This document shows, in pieces, positions 38,180-50,697 of a stretch of DNA of 64,000 nucleotides. The stretch lies in NCBI GenBank assembly GCA_964106645.2, contig OZ067041.1; one strand, 5' to 3'. This DNA comes from Podarcis pityusensis. Its lineage: Eukaryota. Each line of letters starts with the position of its first letter. Position 1 is the first letter of the stretch. Both the position numbers and the translations under genes were made by a program. The notes under the pieces are model-generated. The model made no database searches. It saw nothing but the letters and a program-made list of their open reading frames with translations, and had not been told where the DNA came from.

Positions 38180-39054
38180 CAATAGCCAAATTGCTTTATT
38201 GCGTTTTCCCATGGGCACCTTTTTGGGACCAGGACATCCTTATAGACAATTCAATAGGGAATGTGTTTACATTGTATTTGTCATAATTACTATTTTGAAC
38301 TCTACACATTTTATTTCTAAGAAATTCTTCCTTACTTCTAAATCCAGCTTTCTCTAATGAATTAAATGTTATCTGATAGTACATCTTAAACTTATTGGTT
38401 TGGCTAGAAAAACACTTTCAAAAGATCATAAGCAACGGATTTGACAAAGACTAAACTGACCTTTCACCATCCACCTTTTCAGAGAGCATTGAAAAATAAA
38501 ACTACCAGTCTCTTTTTAATTGTAGAGGCTCATCAATCTTTGCTAGGTATGGTCAGCTTAGATATGGCTTGTGAATGGGAAACATTTCCAAGATGCAATC
38601 ACTTTTTGATACTGTGCTGTGAAGCACAGAAACACACTTTAATCATTTAGATTTTAAACTTCATCCCTCCTTATTCTTTTCCTTATTAATATAACCTGTT
38701 CAGCTTTTTCACTTGTCATTCCTATATCTGTTCACTTTTCTATCCTTTGTACTATAGGTCAACATATCTGGCTTTATCTATGACTGTCTCAGAGAAAATG
38801 TTTTCAAATACTATTAGTAATTTAAGCAAAGCACTATTAGAGGAAGATTTATTTTCAGATTTTCTATCTTTATGTGCTGGTTGAAGCATGCAAGCATATA
38901 ATAAAATTGTTGGATATTAAATTGTTCTGTATATTCTCTTTGTTCAAAAAATGGTTTATCATTTCTTTCTCTCTTTTGCATACATGTCAATAATAGAGAT
39001 AATAAAGATTTCAAGCACTCGAAGAAACAGAGTCATTAATGACCCTCTAGATTA

Positions 39055-39190
39055 CAGTGTTTCTCAAACTTGGGTCCCCAGCTGTTTTTGGACTATAGCT
39101 CCCATCATCCCTAGCTAGCAGGACCAGTGGTCAGGGATGATAGGAGTTGTAGTCCAACAACAGCTGAGGACCCAAGTTTGAGAAACACTG
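39055..39190. mobile_element. 136-bp palindromic hAT-type MITE
   Basis: TIR CAGTGTTTCTCAAACTTGGGTCC / GGACCCAAGTTTGAGAAACACTG (23 bp perfect), continuing as an imperfect hairpin; TSD unclear. Confidence 0.9.
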
Positions 39191-40849
39191 CTAATGCTAT
39201 CCCACCAATCAAGGAGTAAGCTTAACAGGCATTGAAAAAGAGGTCATGTTCCATTTTCCCAATTAAATATCATACTGTAGGGTTGTACTGAGACCGCAAG
39301 GACTATGTTAAACTATATATTGTATGGAAATTCACTATAATGAGCATTTAAAAATTGTGATTTATTGCTTGTAATTGGATTCATTTTATTTACAAAATTG
39401 GATGAAGATAAAATGAAATTGACTTGACTCTCTTTATGAGATATGGGGAAGAAAGGTATAATATGTTTCAAATCAAATATGTTTACTCCTTTGTGGAACA
39501 ATTTTTATATGACAATTTAAAACTAGACTTGCATTTGGAATGCAAATTTATACATGATTAATATGATTAGTAAAGGCTTCTTTACTAGGGAAAAAAGATT
39601 TTAATTTGAATATATTGGAATAAAGTGTTCAGAAACCAGAATCCTGTAACTGAAACTTGGAAGCAAAAGGAAATAACCCCACATGTTTTTCTGGAGCATG
39701 GTTCAATAATGACTATAAGTTATAATCTGCTCCTATTTTCTACTTCTCAATACTTTTGCTAGATTTATAAACCAACATTTCTATGCTTCTCTTGTCTAAA
39801 TCCATGTTGAAGAACAGTTGCATAGCTTATCTGAAACTTACATTTTTGAAATAATCTAAGAAATGATAACCGAGAGGAAAATAAGGACTCAACATTTTCA
39901 AACTACTTTGAAAACAGTCTAAAAATCTGTCTTGAGATTTTTTTTAGGGAATTGGGTTTGGAATCTTGTACCTTCCCACCATATGGGAACTTTAAAAACA
40001 TAGCAGATGTAATCCTTGGATAAATTATATTTTAGTGTTTCAAATAAAGTTTAGAGGACTATATTAATTTTGACAACATACTAAAGCTTGCACATGGAAA
40101 AATAAGTATAACATAGATTGGTTTCCCCCAAGCTAGGAAGACATAAGGTAAGTAAGCAATTAATGCCTGCTAAGCATAGTTTAGCAAAATCATGCATTCA
40201 AAATTGTGGATGGATTAAAGTTTCACATAAAATTGGAAGAAACATTTGGTTGCACATATTTTGTTTTAAGAGGTTTTGTGAAGACAGCCACAAAACTAAT
40301 ATTTCCAATTAAGCATACTAACAGCTGATGTGCTGTTTACACTTTTACGGGTATGCAGATGAGAGAAACACACTGGCATTTGCATAACTAGACAAACTCA
40401 TAACTTGCAGAGTGGTTAAATGCATAAATGCACACAAACTATCTCACTATATTGTACTTAACAGTAGGTGTGTTCTTATTCCCTCACAGCTCCAGCCTAT
40501 CCTCTCAGCACTCTAGGATCATATTTCATCCTGAATCAAAATCTATCACCCAGTTTCAAAAAAACTCCTCTCAATTTATTGTAATAGGTCAGTTTTGTTT
40601 TGTTTTATCTTACTGAAGCAGGTGTAGTCTGTCGATAGGTCCCAAGTTGTAGCATCCAAGGAGGCTAAGGCCTCAAGACTTACCAAACAGTGGTTGGATA
40701 AGTCAAGAACGCAGAGTCAAAGTCAAAGATAAATTGGAGACAAGCACAGTTAATCAGTATGGGTCTAAAACTAGAACCAGAGACAGTGTCTAAAGGTAAA
40801 AGTCCAGGGGTTAACAACACAGGAGAGCCACTCTAGGTAAGAGTAGGTC

Positions 40850-41420
40850 TGGTTTCAGGGTCAGAGAGCTGGGTACTGAACCAGTGATGTATTCCATGTT
40901 GGCCATGGTGGCTGTGAAGTCTGATGTGGCCTTAGCATGCATGTTCAAGTCCCTCAGCACAATCACCAGCTATAATCAGACACAGAGGTTGTTAAGCAGT
41001 GGGATGGATGCTACACCAATAAGATCAATGTTATGAGCCAATGAAAGGAACAAGTCCTGGATTTTTGTCCCCAGGTGGATTAGCTTCTTGGTGAAAGAGA
41101 TAGCATTCTCAAAGTGCTTTTAATAATTGAAATGCACGTGCTTGTAACTATACCCTGGTGGGCAAAAGTAACCACTGCCAACCCTCTGTTGGATCAGTTA
41201 ATGAATCAATCAGAATCAATAAACACCCTCTCCACCAGGCACCAATTGATACCATTTGGGAATACCCTCCACCCTCTGTCTCTGCCTTTGTCTCTCATCA
41301 TGTGTAGGTTTGATCCTATGAAGTGGCGTAATATACCTAGCTTGAAGGGGACGTTAGAGAGGACCACCATTAGGAGAGAGACCTTCTCTGCCCTAATTAA
41401 CATGACAGTGTTTTAATCAT
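40850..41420 (-). mobile_element. Possible very decayed LINE endonuclease fragment
   Basis: Minus-strand LVIVLRDLNM near 40940-40970 (cf. LxxxGDFN); otherwise weak. Confidence 0.3.
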
Positions 41421-41531
41421 AGTTTGTGTTCAAGACACGCTCTATATATAAAATCACATAACTATTTTATGTGAAGTCTGAACTTTGAAAAGAATTTCTG
41501 GAAGAAGTACAGCCAATTTTAAAACATTTCT

Positions 41532-41563
<32 letters not shown>

Positions 41564-41568
41564 TGTAT
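41532..41568. repeat. (TG)10(CG)n compound alternating purine-pyrimidine tract
   Basis: TGTG..GTGCGCGCGCGCACGTGTAT. Confidence 0.95.
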
Positions 41569-41789
41569 TGAACAGACATGTTGCTTTCTTCTATAAAGAG
41601 TTAAATGTGTCAAGAGTGATTCTTTAACGAAAAGAACAATGTTAAATAATACCATCTCCAGGAATATATTTTTAAGAAGTGAATGATCTGTTTATACTGA
41701 CCCCAATGTATTCCCATTGTGTAATTGTGTAGTTCAAATATGTCCTTGCTTGTTCTTTGATTGTTATGCCTCTTAATATGCAGTTAGCA

Positions 41790-41793
<4 letters not shown>

Positions 41794-41839
<46 letters not shown>
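41794..41839. repeat. (CT)23 microsatellite
   Basis: Direct reading. Confidence 0.97.
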
Positions 41840-41842
<3 letters not shown>

Positions 41843-42298
41843 CAAACATTTAAAGTGCAAGTCATTTTTGGCTCCAGGAAGTAACAAAATTATCATCCAA
41901 TGCAAACAGAGTTCACGAGAAGGTAAACTACTTACTGGCTTACACTGTGAGATGTGTTTGTCTATTCTGTCTTATTTTCAATGAAATGGATTTGTTAACG
42001 ATGCCAGTTTGGAAAGAGTTCACTTAATGTATTGTTTCTCATTTCACTCAATTTTCCTTTGCACATTCATAATATTCATTCATGTAATTGATGACATGGG
42101 AAATCTCTTCACTGAACATTGTTAACATTTCTTTTCTGTAAAAGAAGAATCAAGTGTGTGCTTTGCTTTTGTGACAGTAAACATGAGGCAAGTAACTATT
42201 GTCTGCTTCATTTATTTTTATCTCTCAGAAGACCTTGAGAGTGTCCCTGTTTCTGTTTGTAAATATGTTGCTTGTAATATTCAGAGCATTGCTCCAGT

Positions 42299-42538
42299 CA
42301 GGGCTGGTCCTAGCATTAGGAAGAGTGAGGTCACTGTCCTAGGTGCCAGATTGTTGAGAAACAGTGATGTGTTGGAGGGAAGGGTTGTGTGCCCTCTAAT
42401 TAGTCTGTTGTGCTCCAGGTGTAGCAGAGGATTGTGTCCCATGACCAGTGTTGAAATAAGATTCAACTGCCAGGATGGTTGGCTTTTGCTTGTGTAATGA
42501 GAGAGGCTGCCATCTTGTCCTTTGCCTCAGGAGCCCTG
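42299..42538. mobile_element. hAT-type MITE (old)
   Basis: CAGGGCT/AGCCCTG ends; TSD GCTCCAGT/TTTCCAGT (6/8). Confidence 0.6.
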
Positions 42539-42875
42539 TTTCCAGTATTACTTTTGAGTAATGCTATGCTATATCTATGTTATCAATAGTATTTGAAATA
42601 TTTGTAGATGATCACATGTGGGACATGTGGATTTACTTAAACAACAGTTGGGTGTGAAGTCTGTTAATTGCAATGATATATCATCTGATAATTATCAGTA
42701 ATGTATTACTTAAGTGGAACTTCCACCTCAGGTGCCTACTGATATGTAGTAACAGAGCTGAGTTGTGTGCAACTTGCCTGCTCTCCTTAATATGCTTCAT
42801 GTAGTACACAATAGTCATACAATACTTAATGTGCACAGCGACATGTCAACTCATATGGATTGTTAACACATAGGG

Positions 42876-42877
<2 letters not shown>

Positions 42878-42917
<40 letters not shown>

Positions 42918-42933
42918 ACACACACACACACAT
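42878..42933. repeat. (TG)18-CG-(CA)8 self-complementary microsatellite
   Basis: Direct reading; centred on TGCGCA. Confidence 0.95.
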
Positions 42934-43313
42934 GTGAAAGAAAGAGATACATGAAGAAGTCAAAAGTTTTAAGAGGATAATTTAAATGTCTGTCCTAGTC
43001 TGACAGGACTCATATATTTTAGGACCCACCCTATTATCTTGATTGTAGTACATTTTGTTTTAATATTTTAAAATTATAATTTGCCCTCATGGTGAAGGTT
43101 GCGTAAGAAAACTAATAAATGACAAGAATAATAAATAATAATTGGAAAGGCGTTTTCTGCATTCCCAAAGCAACTAATTTAAGTCCTTCAACCTGACTGA
43201 TTCCAACTGGCTTTCATTAGCAAGCCTCCAGGAGGCTACCTAAATTTAAACTAAGTTTCAATTTGATGACTTCAGTAAATATCCAATTACAAACATCTTT
43301 TTCTGACAGCAGT

Positions 43314-43504
43314 GGGAGTTACCATTGCTGTAGTCTAAACCACTGAGCCTAGGGCTTGCCGATCAGAAGGTTGGCGGTTCAAATCCCCACGACAGGGTGA
43401 GCTCCTGTTGTTTGGTACCAGCTCCTGCCCACCTAGCCGTTCAAATAAACGTCAAAGTGCAAGTAGATAAATGGGTACTGCTCCTGCGGGAAGGTAAACG
43501 GCGT
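43314..43504 (+). mobile_element. 3'-truncated Sauria SINE ending in a (CA)n tract
   Basis: Aligns to 19223-19415 (GGCGGTTCAAATCCCC, GCTCCTGCCCACCTAG, GTCAAAGTGCAAGTAGATAAAT); stops after GGTAAACGGCGT. Confidence 0.92.
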
Positions 43505-45734
43505 GCGCACACACACACACACACGTCTGTAAACCATGTGAGTGGTGCCATCTTAGCTACACAAGAATTTACACTCAGATAATGCATTTATTATTAGAAT
43601 ACAGCAGTGTTTCTCTGTTTTTTTTCTCCAGCCCATACTTTCAGAATAAAAATTTGCTTGCGACACACCAAATTTTTTATTGATAAGAAATACATCATGA
43701 AACAAAAAGAAACAAATCCTGGCAGTGGTTGATTTTGAGAAGATACATGTTCATATTCTGCAAATTTAAAAAATGTATTGTAATTGAAATGTTTAAATGT
43801 CCCTGAATCTTGCCATCCTCTCCTGCTACACCAGAAAAATAGATCTAGGGCAGTATGTAGTCAGAATCCTGCTCTGATGGCCTACATCCTCTTTGTTATT
43901 GACCAATCCAATAGAGACTAAAAGGTGATTTCACTACATATTTCAAGGGTTAATACCAAGGAGGTACAAGCTAAATAACAAAGGGTGCAAACTAAAAAGC
44001 ACTTGATATATTAATTAACTTTATCATTAGATACATTTTAATATTCAATATTTACAGTCAGTGTGATGAAAAGGGGAACAGAATAATACTAAAGGCAATG
44101 GATGACTGCCAGTTCATAGTCTTATGTGTACTTCCAGGCTCTAAATTGTCAAGTACTCCACTGCAGTGTATTCAAGCACAATGAATTGACTATGCATTGT
44201 TTCTGGAAAAACACCTCAACCTTATGCTTCTCTTCTTGCCATTTCTCTTGGGCTAGGGAAAAACCTGTTGCAGACCTACATTAGGAACCTGGCATCTTTA
44301 AAAGTAGCTGTATATTCACACTTCTTAATTAGCCTGTTTAGTTACTGGTGCATGAAATCAGTAGTCAATGTTTAACAGACAGCACATTGGCAAATATTTT
44401 ATAACCTTGTTGGTTTCTGTCATTTGTTTCTTAATTTTTTCCTCTGATATAGCTGTCAGCATTATTTTTATAATTCCTAGGGCTGTTATAGAATATAATG
44501 TTTGACCTGTGAGGCATATATATTGCATTTGTGAAAGTTTATTCAGAAAATAAAGCCGTAAGATACTTTAAAAATGATAAAAGGTGATTGAACTATATTT
44601 AAAGGTGTGCCTATGATATAAATTAATGGGTAGTCCAACTTGCTTCATTGTTCACATCTCTCATATCAACTAAGCAGCCAACCAAGCTATACATTGTGAG
44701 AGAGGGTGCATGGGGACAGTCGCATGAACAGCTGATTCAATCTTGTCTTCTACTGTGACAACAGGATTCCAGCAGCAACATCAGCCATACAACTTGGGAA
44801 AACTCAACAAGGGCGTTCAAGAATCCAATTAGTAGGTCATGCAGCCTTGTAGAGGAGAATGGTTAATACTGGTCATTGATCACAATAAAAAGATAGATTT
44901 AGAGGAGAATTGTTGCTGTCAAAACCCAACAACAGCCCACCTCCAAACTGCTTATCATATTAAAAAAAACTTTCAACAGTAGGCATTGACACACACATAG
45001 AAGTCTGGATATCCCAGCCTGCATGTTTATTTTTTATATTTTCTTTTGCTTACCTACTTCAGTATATTTGATTTATTCTAAGTTTTGTTCATATAAATAT
45101 TTACTTGTTTTAAAAATAAATATTTTTCTCTACCCACTTTTGATTGGCTTACGAGGATGTGTTGTCTAATCCTCTCTGCTTGTGGCGATAGAAGACAACT
45201 AGTTCAGTTTCAGATTTATGGATGATTCACATTTTTATGGATCTCATGCTTGCTGCATATAAAATGTTAAGGGGAATTTCCAAACATGTGGAAACACAGT
45301 GTGAACACCAGCTGGGGAGCCATGATTAGCCACAGTTCTCTGGCACACATCCATTCGATTTAGTGAAATACATCTCCTTGTCAGATTTCACATGCAAAGG
45401 CAATAGTGAATACAAAGGAGTTTTCAGAGCTATTTTTCTTCTCCAGAGTTTTTCCTTGCTCTTCCTATCTTATCTGCAGACAAGAGCTGCAGATATTCAA
45501 TTCAAGTTCACAGAACTGAGTGGTATGGCTGTTTCCTTGTTTTCTCTGTAAGTGAAAGGATGTAACTACTGTGAGGGTAATTGGGCTTTGGCAGCTCCTC
45601 CCCTGTTTATTAGTTTTGATGTTTGTAATTGGAAGTCTTTTCCTTCAAATCCCTCCTCAAAACTTCCTTTCTCTGTGATAGTTTCCACCTGTTGCACCAA
45701 GCTTCGAAGGCAGTTGCCAGAGGAGAGAGATAAT

Positions 45735-46180
45735 TTTATTTATTAGTAAACTTCTGTAAGTGGTTTGCATAAAATAACATTAAAAATATATAAAAACAAT
45801 CAGTATGTTTTCCTGAAAGCTAAAAAAAAAATAAGACAAACCCCAAAAGTTAAATATGTATCACATAGAAACCTGAGCTGTATATAAAACAGAGAATTGA
45901 ACATTTAAAAGTCAGAGTCCAGGAAACTTGGTGTTAAAAATACATTTTTTAAGAGGTACTTAAAGGTCATAACAGTATCTGTGTTGCAAGTTATCTGAAG
46001 GATGACATTCCAGAGGGTGGGTGCTATCATCGAGAGTGTCTGCTTCCTCGTCTCCAACTCCAAGTGAAAACTGCAAGTCGTGGAACCATGTTCACCATGG
46101 TGAACAGGTCTGTTGATCCATGCAGAGGACTGCAAGTGAAATACAGGGAAACTAACACAGATGTGGAGAGCCTCCAGTCT
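45735..46180 (-). pseudogene. Decayed L2 LINE ORF2 C-terminus and 3' UTR
   Basis: Minus ORF 45905-46213 contains TRKQTLSMIAPTLWNVI...TFKYLLKNVFL (cf. RAFSVAAPxLWNxLP...FKxxLKTxLF), followed by a T-rich UTR and A-rich tail. Confidence 0.75.
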
Positions 46181-46429
46181 ATAGGCCACACTCGGCCTGC
46201 CAGGCCTCCCCATTTAGACAGTGAGGCCATTTTGGGGAGCCATGGGAAGGGAAGGGTTCCAAAGGAACTATCAGGAGCTTAAAGTGAGCTTACAAATTTG
46301 CTTTTGCTGAAGCAAGGCATGTGGGAGCTCATTGTTCAAGGAGCGGGGAAGCAGTTTTCTTTTGATTTCAAAGGTTTAAGGAACAGTCCAGGGATGTTAT
46401 TTGGCCCTCCAGGGGTGGGGAGATTGAGT

Positions 46430-46877
46430 CATTTGTTGATTATCACATAACATGTTTTAATTGCTTCAAGAGAGTCTTATTGTAAAAATGCATTCACAGG
46501 TATCTCCTTAAGGTAATAAAAAGACAATTCGTATACTTGTAATTAATCTTTTAACTCTTTCTGTGGAGACAGTTAAAATTTTTCTATGATTATGCTAGTC
46601 TATCATTCTATAGCTAATTATTCTGCTTTGACTGGTGTGTGTATGAGAGAGAAGGGTGACAGGAAAGCACACACTCACTGAAAGAGATACAAGAGCAAGA
46701 AAGAGACAAAAATATTTACATCCAGCAGGATTCAGATAATTAGCTCTTTGAATAGTAACGCTAAACAATTCACCTAGATGAAAATGGCACTTTAAAATAT
46801 ACCAACATTTTAAAGGCAACTTGAAAATAAGACTCTCTTGAAGCAATTAAAACATGTTATGTGATAATCAACAAATG
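46430..46877. repeat. Perfect 52-bp inverted repeat with a 344-bp spacer
   Basis: 46430-46481 CATTTGTTGATTATCACATAACATGTTTTAATTGCTTCAAGAGAGTCTTATT is the exact reverse complement of 46826-46877. Confidence 0.96.
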
Positions 46878-47962
46878 CTTTCTGGTTGTGATACATATAA
46901 CTTTGAAAATACATTACTTTGTGATGTATGAAACATATTTTTGTTTACAATAGGTATTTAGTTGGAGAAAACTCAGCCACTCCATTCTAGGTCTGATAGG
47001 AAGAAAGATTCTAGTACTCAGCTTTCAGAGTACAGCTTTACATTAACTGGGTAACGTTCTAGAGTTGGTGTGGCTATTTTTTCTGTCTTCTTGGCAATAA
47101 TATAGATCTACTATATGTAGTGTGCCATAGTGGAAGGATAGCCATATTTAACACAAGCTTGTGATGTGGAGGGGACATCCTAGAAAAGGGGAAGGGAAAC
47201 ATTTCTTCCAGGGCCAGTTATGGGATAATAGGAACTCACCTTCTTGTAAACAGGTAATTCGTACTTTCCACAGGTGACCAGGCAAGTGGTTGTTTGCAAG
47301 TCTGATAAAAGATTATTAAAATATGTACAATATGTCTTTGGTATGTCATAAAATTTGAAAGTGTTGTTGTTTACGCTGATGGACATTATTGACTTGCCAA
47401 AAAGCAACTTTAATGTGTCTCTTTACCCACAAAAACAAAACATGAGTGAATCTTTGTCATGGGGTGTTCATTGTGTAGATTAAAGGAAAGAGATTATTGC
47501 ATTTGTTGACTGGACTTTACTTGATGTCAGTTTAAAATCATCTTGACATTTATGTTTTGATTAATAGCTTATAATGTTTACAATAACAGATTAAATTACT
47601 CTCAAAAAAGTTAGAGGAAAGTTTCATTTTGCTGAAGCTGAATGCTTGTAGCTATTTACAGCTATTTACCTTATTAGTAGCTTTTTGCTTCTAGCTACTT
47701 TCTTTTTAGAAGAAAACCTGTGTCCATAAAGTCTGTCGAATTAGTTGTTTAACAATGTGTGAATTCAGGGATTGCCAAGACTGAAGACATGGTGAATGGG
47801 CTGCTTAACAATGCAGACTACATTATACCAGTTACTTATATAATGGTGGCTGTCATTAAAAAAAAAATAGATGGATATTCTTAGTAATAAATGAAATCTG
47901 TTTTCTGAATATAAAATCTTTTAAAACCCATTACATTATACCCATTTTAACCCATGGCCATT

Positions 47963-48002
47963 CTTCCTTCCTTCCTTCCTTCCTTCCTTCCTTCCTTCCT
48001 TT
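47963..48002. repeat. (CTTC)n microsatellite
   Basis: Direct reading. Confidence 0.95.
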
Positions 48003-50262
48003 CTTCTTTGAACTAGAACACCTTGAAGTAAAAAAAATAAAACAATGAACAGAGTTACTTCTACAGAATAGCCTTTATTTATATAGTTGGCAGACTGTAT
48101 AACCTATATACAACTAGAGAGCTAAAACTATTACTCTTTTTCCAAGATTTCATGGAGCAAGAAGCTGAGTCCTAAAGATCAGCAATGACAGTCACTAAGT
48201 ACAGTTCAAAGATCTTAAGTGCATGATGTAACTTCAATACCTTGGAATGGAAAATAACTTAAATATCTGTATGTGTATAGTGTCAGCTCAATTTACCCTA
48301 ATACTCTGGTTTGTGTGCAGATTCATGATCTCTGTGGCCTCTGTTTAATATGCAGATGCATGTGCATGCAGGCTTCCATTTGTTGAAAGCTTGGGTTTTT
48401 TCTTTCCACATGTGCCTATATAAATGCTACTTCACAGACTAACACTGAACATAGAAATGAATAAATAATAATCTATAAACTCCCCCCTTGTTAAATTGAT
48501 GATAAATGTGTAATTCACTTACTTATTTTGTATTTCGTGACTTATAAGAGGCTCATAAAGAAACATAACAACACGTTTTATTCCCCAAGGCAGAAAACAG
48601 CACCCCAAAATTGTTTAAAATATGACTACATGTATAATTGAGCATTTGCTACCATTTAAATTATATCCCCAAATCCATTGCCTGAGGCAAGCTTCATTAG
48701 CTAACCTAAAGGTAGATCAGTCTTTGTCTTAAGCTATTTTAAGTAAGTGTTACAGTTTCTATATAGCATGTCATATTTCCAATAAAATATACTATTTTTC
48801 AGTTAATAGACAAATAAATGTGAGAAAAATATCCAGCCAGTTGTCTTGAGTATTATAATACAAGGGTTTTCAGAAGCCATTGTAAAGTGATTGTATCTTC
48901 CTTGTGCCAAACTGTTGTGCTTTCCAAAACATTCTCGTTTCAGTTGCGATCCTATTGGCATTTATTGAGTCTAATTTTAAATTTATCAATTTCATCGTAA
49001 CCTATTTATTTTGGCATCAAAAGCATATATAGTAAACAAGCCTTGTCTCCATAAGAGCACATGTGAAAGGAACAGTTCAAATTAGATTGAAATGTTTGAC
49101 CAAAGAGAATAGATGGCTCAAAAATGTATCAGATACCCTTTGGGTAAACCTAGCCCTGCTTCAGCACTCAAAACTCAGTCTGAAGTGTGATTAATAGATT
49201 TTTTGTCCCTTTTAGAGACTATTTTTATGAATGCATTTTTCAAACTGAGACAGAACACATTATCGCCTTCTAGATCATTGTAGTAAGTGTTGAGATCTGA
49301 GAAGGCCAGCTGTAGCAGCTGTGTTTCCCCTTGAATCACAGAACTAAATAACTTTCATCTCTGTTGCTGTCTCAGCTGCTAGTCTCAAGCTATGGCCTTC
49401 CCATAACTCACCATTTCAAAGCAATGTAAGTAACCTCTTTGGAATGCTTTTGGAAAACCACAGGAAGGTAGGGTTTTTCAAAAAGCGAATGGTGCCTATC
49501 TATTTAAAATTTTCTTTTTCCATTTTTAGTTTTTATACACATGATGTCAATAAAGTAGGAAAAGCCCTTTTATTAATATTCCTTGTTTAATAAAGTAACA
49601 TGGTGCGACAAGGGGAAGGTGACCTTGCCAACGAAATATGCTTAAAAAGTAATGAATTTATTGAACATATTTTTTTTCTAAAAGAACCTTACCCAGCTAT
49701 GTTATATTTAACTTATTTTTATTCATGAAAGCACTTATATGCTAGCTATTACAATCCATCTGAAGGTAAAATCACAATATATAAAAATGGAACCGAAAAC
49801 CCAGTAGCATGTTGGGTATCCTTTGTGTGGCATAACTACCTGAACTGTGAACAGTATTCCAAGTACAGTCACACTTAACATTTGTATTACATCAGAATGA
49901 TATTCGCAGTTTTATTTTCAATCCTTTTCCTAATGGTTCCTAACATGAAAGTCACCTTTTTCACAGCTGCCAGATACTGGGTTTACATCTTCATCTAGTT
50001 ATCCACCATGACCCCAAAATCTCTTTCCTAGTCAGTGACTGCCAGTTTTTATCCCTTTTGTGTTTAGGTGAAGTTACAGATTTTTTCTTCCCGCATGTAT
50101 CATGTCACACATGCTAACATTGAACTGCATTCAACATTCCCCCTCCCTACTTTTTGCTTCCTGTTCTTTAACCAGTTACTGATCAACGAAATCAAAAACT
50201 TTTAAAAAGTAAAAGTACACAATATCTTCACATTGTATCCCCTTATCTATGTGCTTAATGAC

Positions 50263-50479
50263 CACTGGTGGAAGAAGAGGAGTGCGGGGGGAGCGCACCG
50301 CCCCCGGCAGCGCGATCCTGGTGGGGTTCCATCGTGGCTGCCCCACCCCGTGCGCTGGGCGCCCCACCCCCACAGGCAGCACACCCGCCCCCAGGACTCA
50401 TGCCATGCTCCTGTGGGCGGCATGCCCCGCCCCTGCCTGCTCTCTGCCCCTGGTGCCGGAGCATGAAGCTCCGCCACTG
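50263..50479. mobile_element. GC-rich hAT MITE nested in CR1
   Basis: Perfect 8-bp TSD TTAATGAC (50255-62, 50480-87); ends CACTGGTGGAAG / GCTCCGCCACTG; TIR related to the 36215 element. Confidence 0.92.
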
Positions 50480-50583
50480 TTAATGACACTCTTGAGAACT
50501 TTAAATATAAAAAGTTAGGATGTATGGTTGCAGAAACGAGGCTGATTCTTCCTCAGCAAGACTTATTCTTCTATTAGTAGAAG

Positions 50584-50697
50584 AATCTCAGTGGTGAATT
50601 CAAGTCCCATGTTGGACAAAAGAATTCCTGCATTGCAGGGAGTTGGACTGGATGACACTCGTGATGCCTTCCAACTATGATTCTATGATTTTCTATG
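50584..50697 (+). mobile_element. 5'-truncated tRNA-Lys-headed SINE with CR1 tail
   Basis: AATCTCAG..TTCAAGTCCCATGTTGGAC (tRNA-Lys 3' half) + AAAAGAATTCCTGCATTGCAGGGAGTTGGACT..CCTTCCAACTATGATTCTATG. Confidence 0.8.

Noticed and set aside
40133-40147. 15-nt microexon (tttcccccaag|CTAGGAAGACATAAG|gtaagt)
   Set aside because: The donor is strong but the AAG acceptor is weak, the pyrimidine tract is short and there are no partner exons; cannot be supported without RNA-seq
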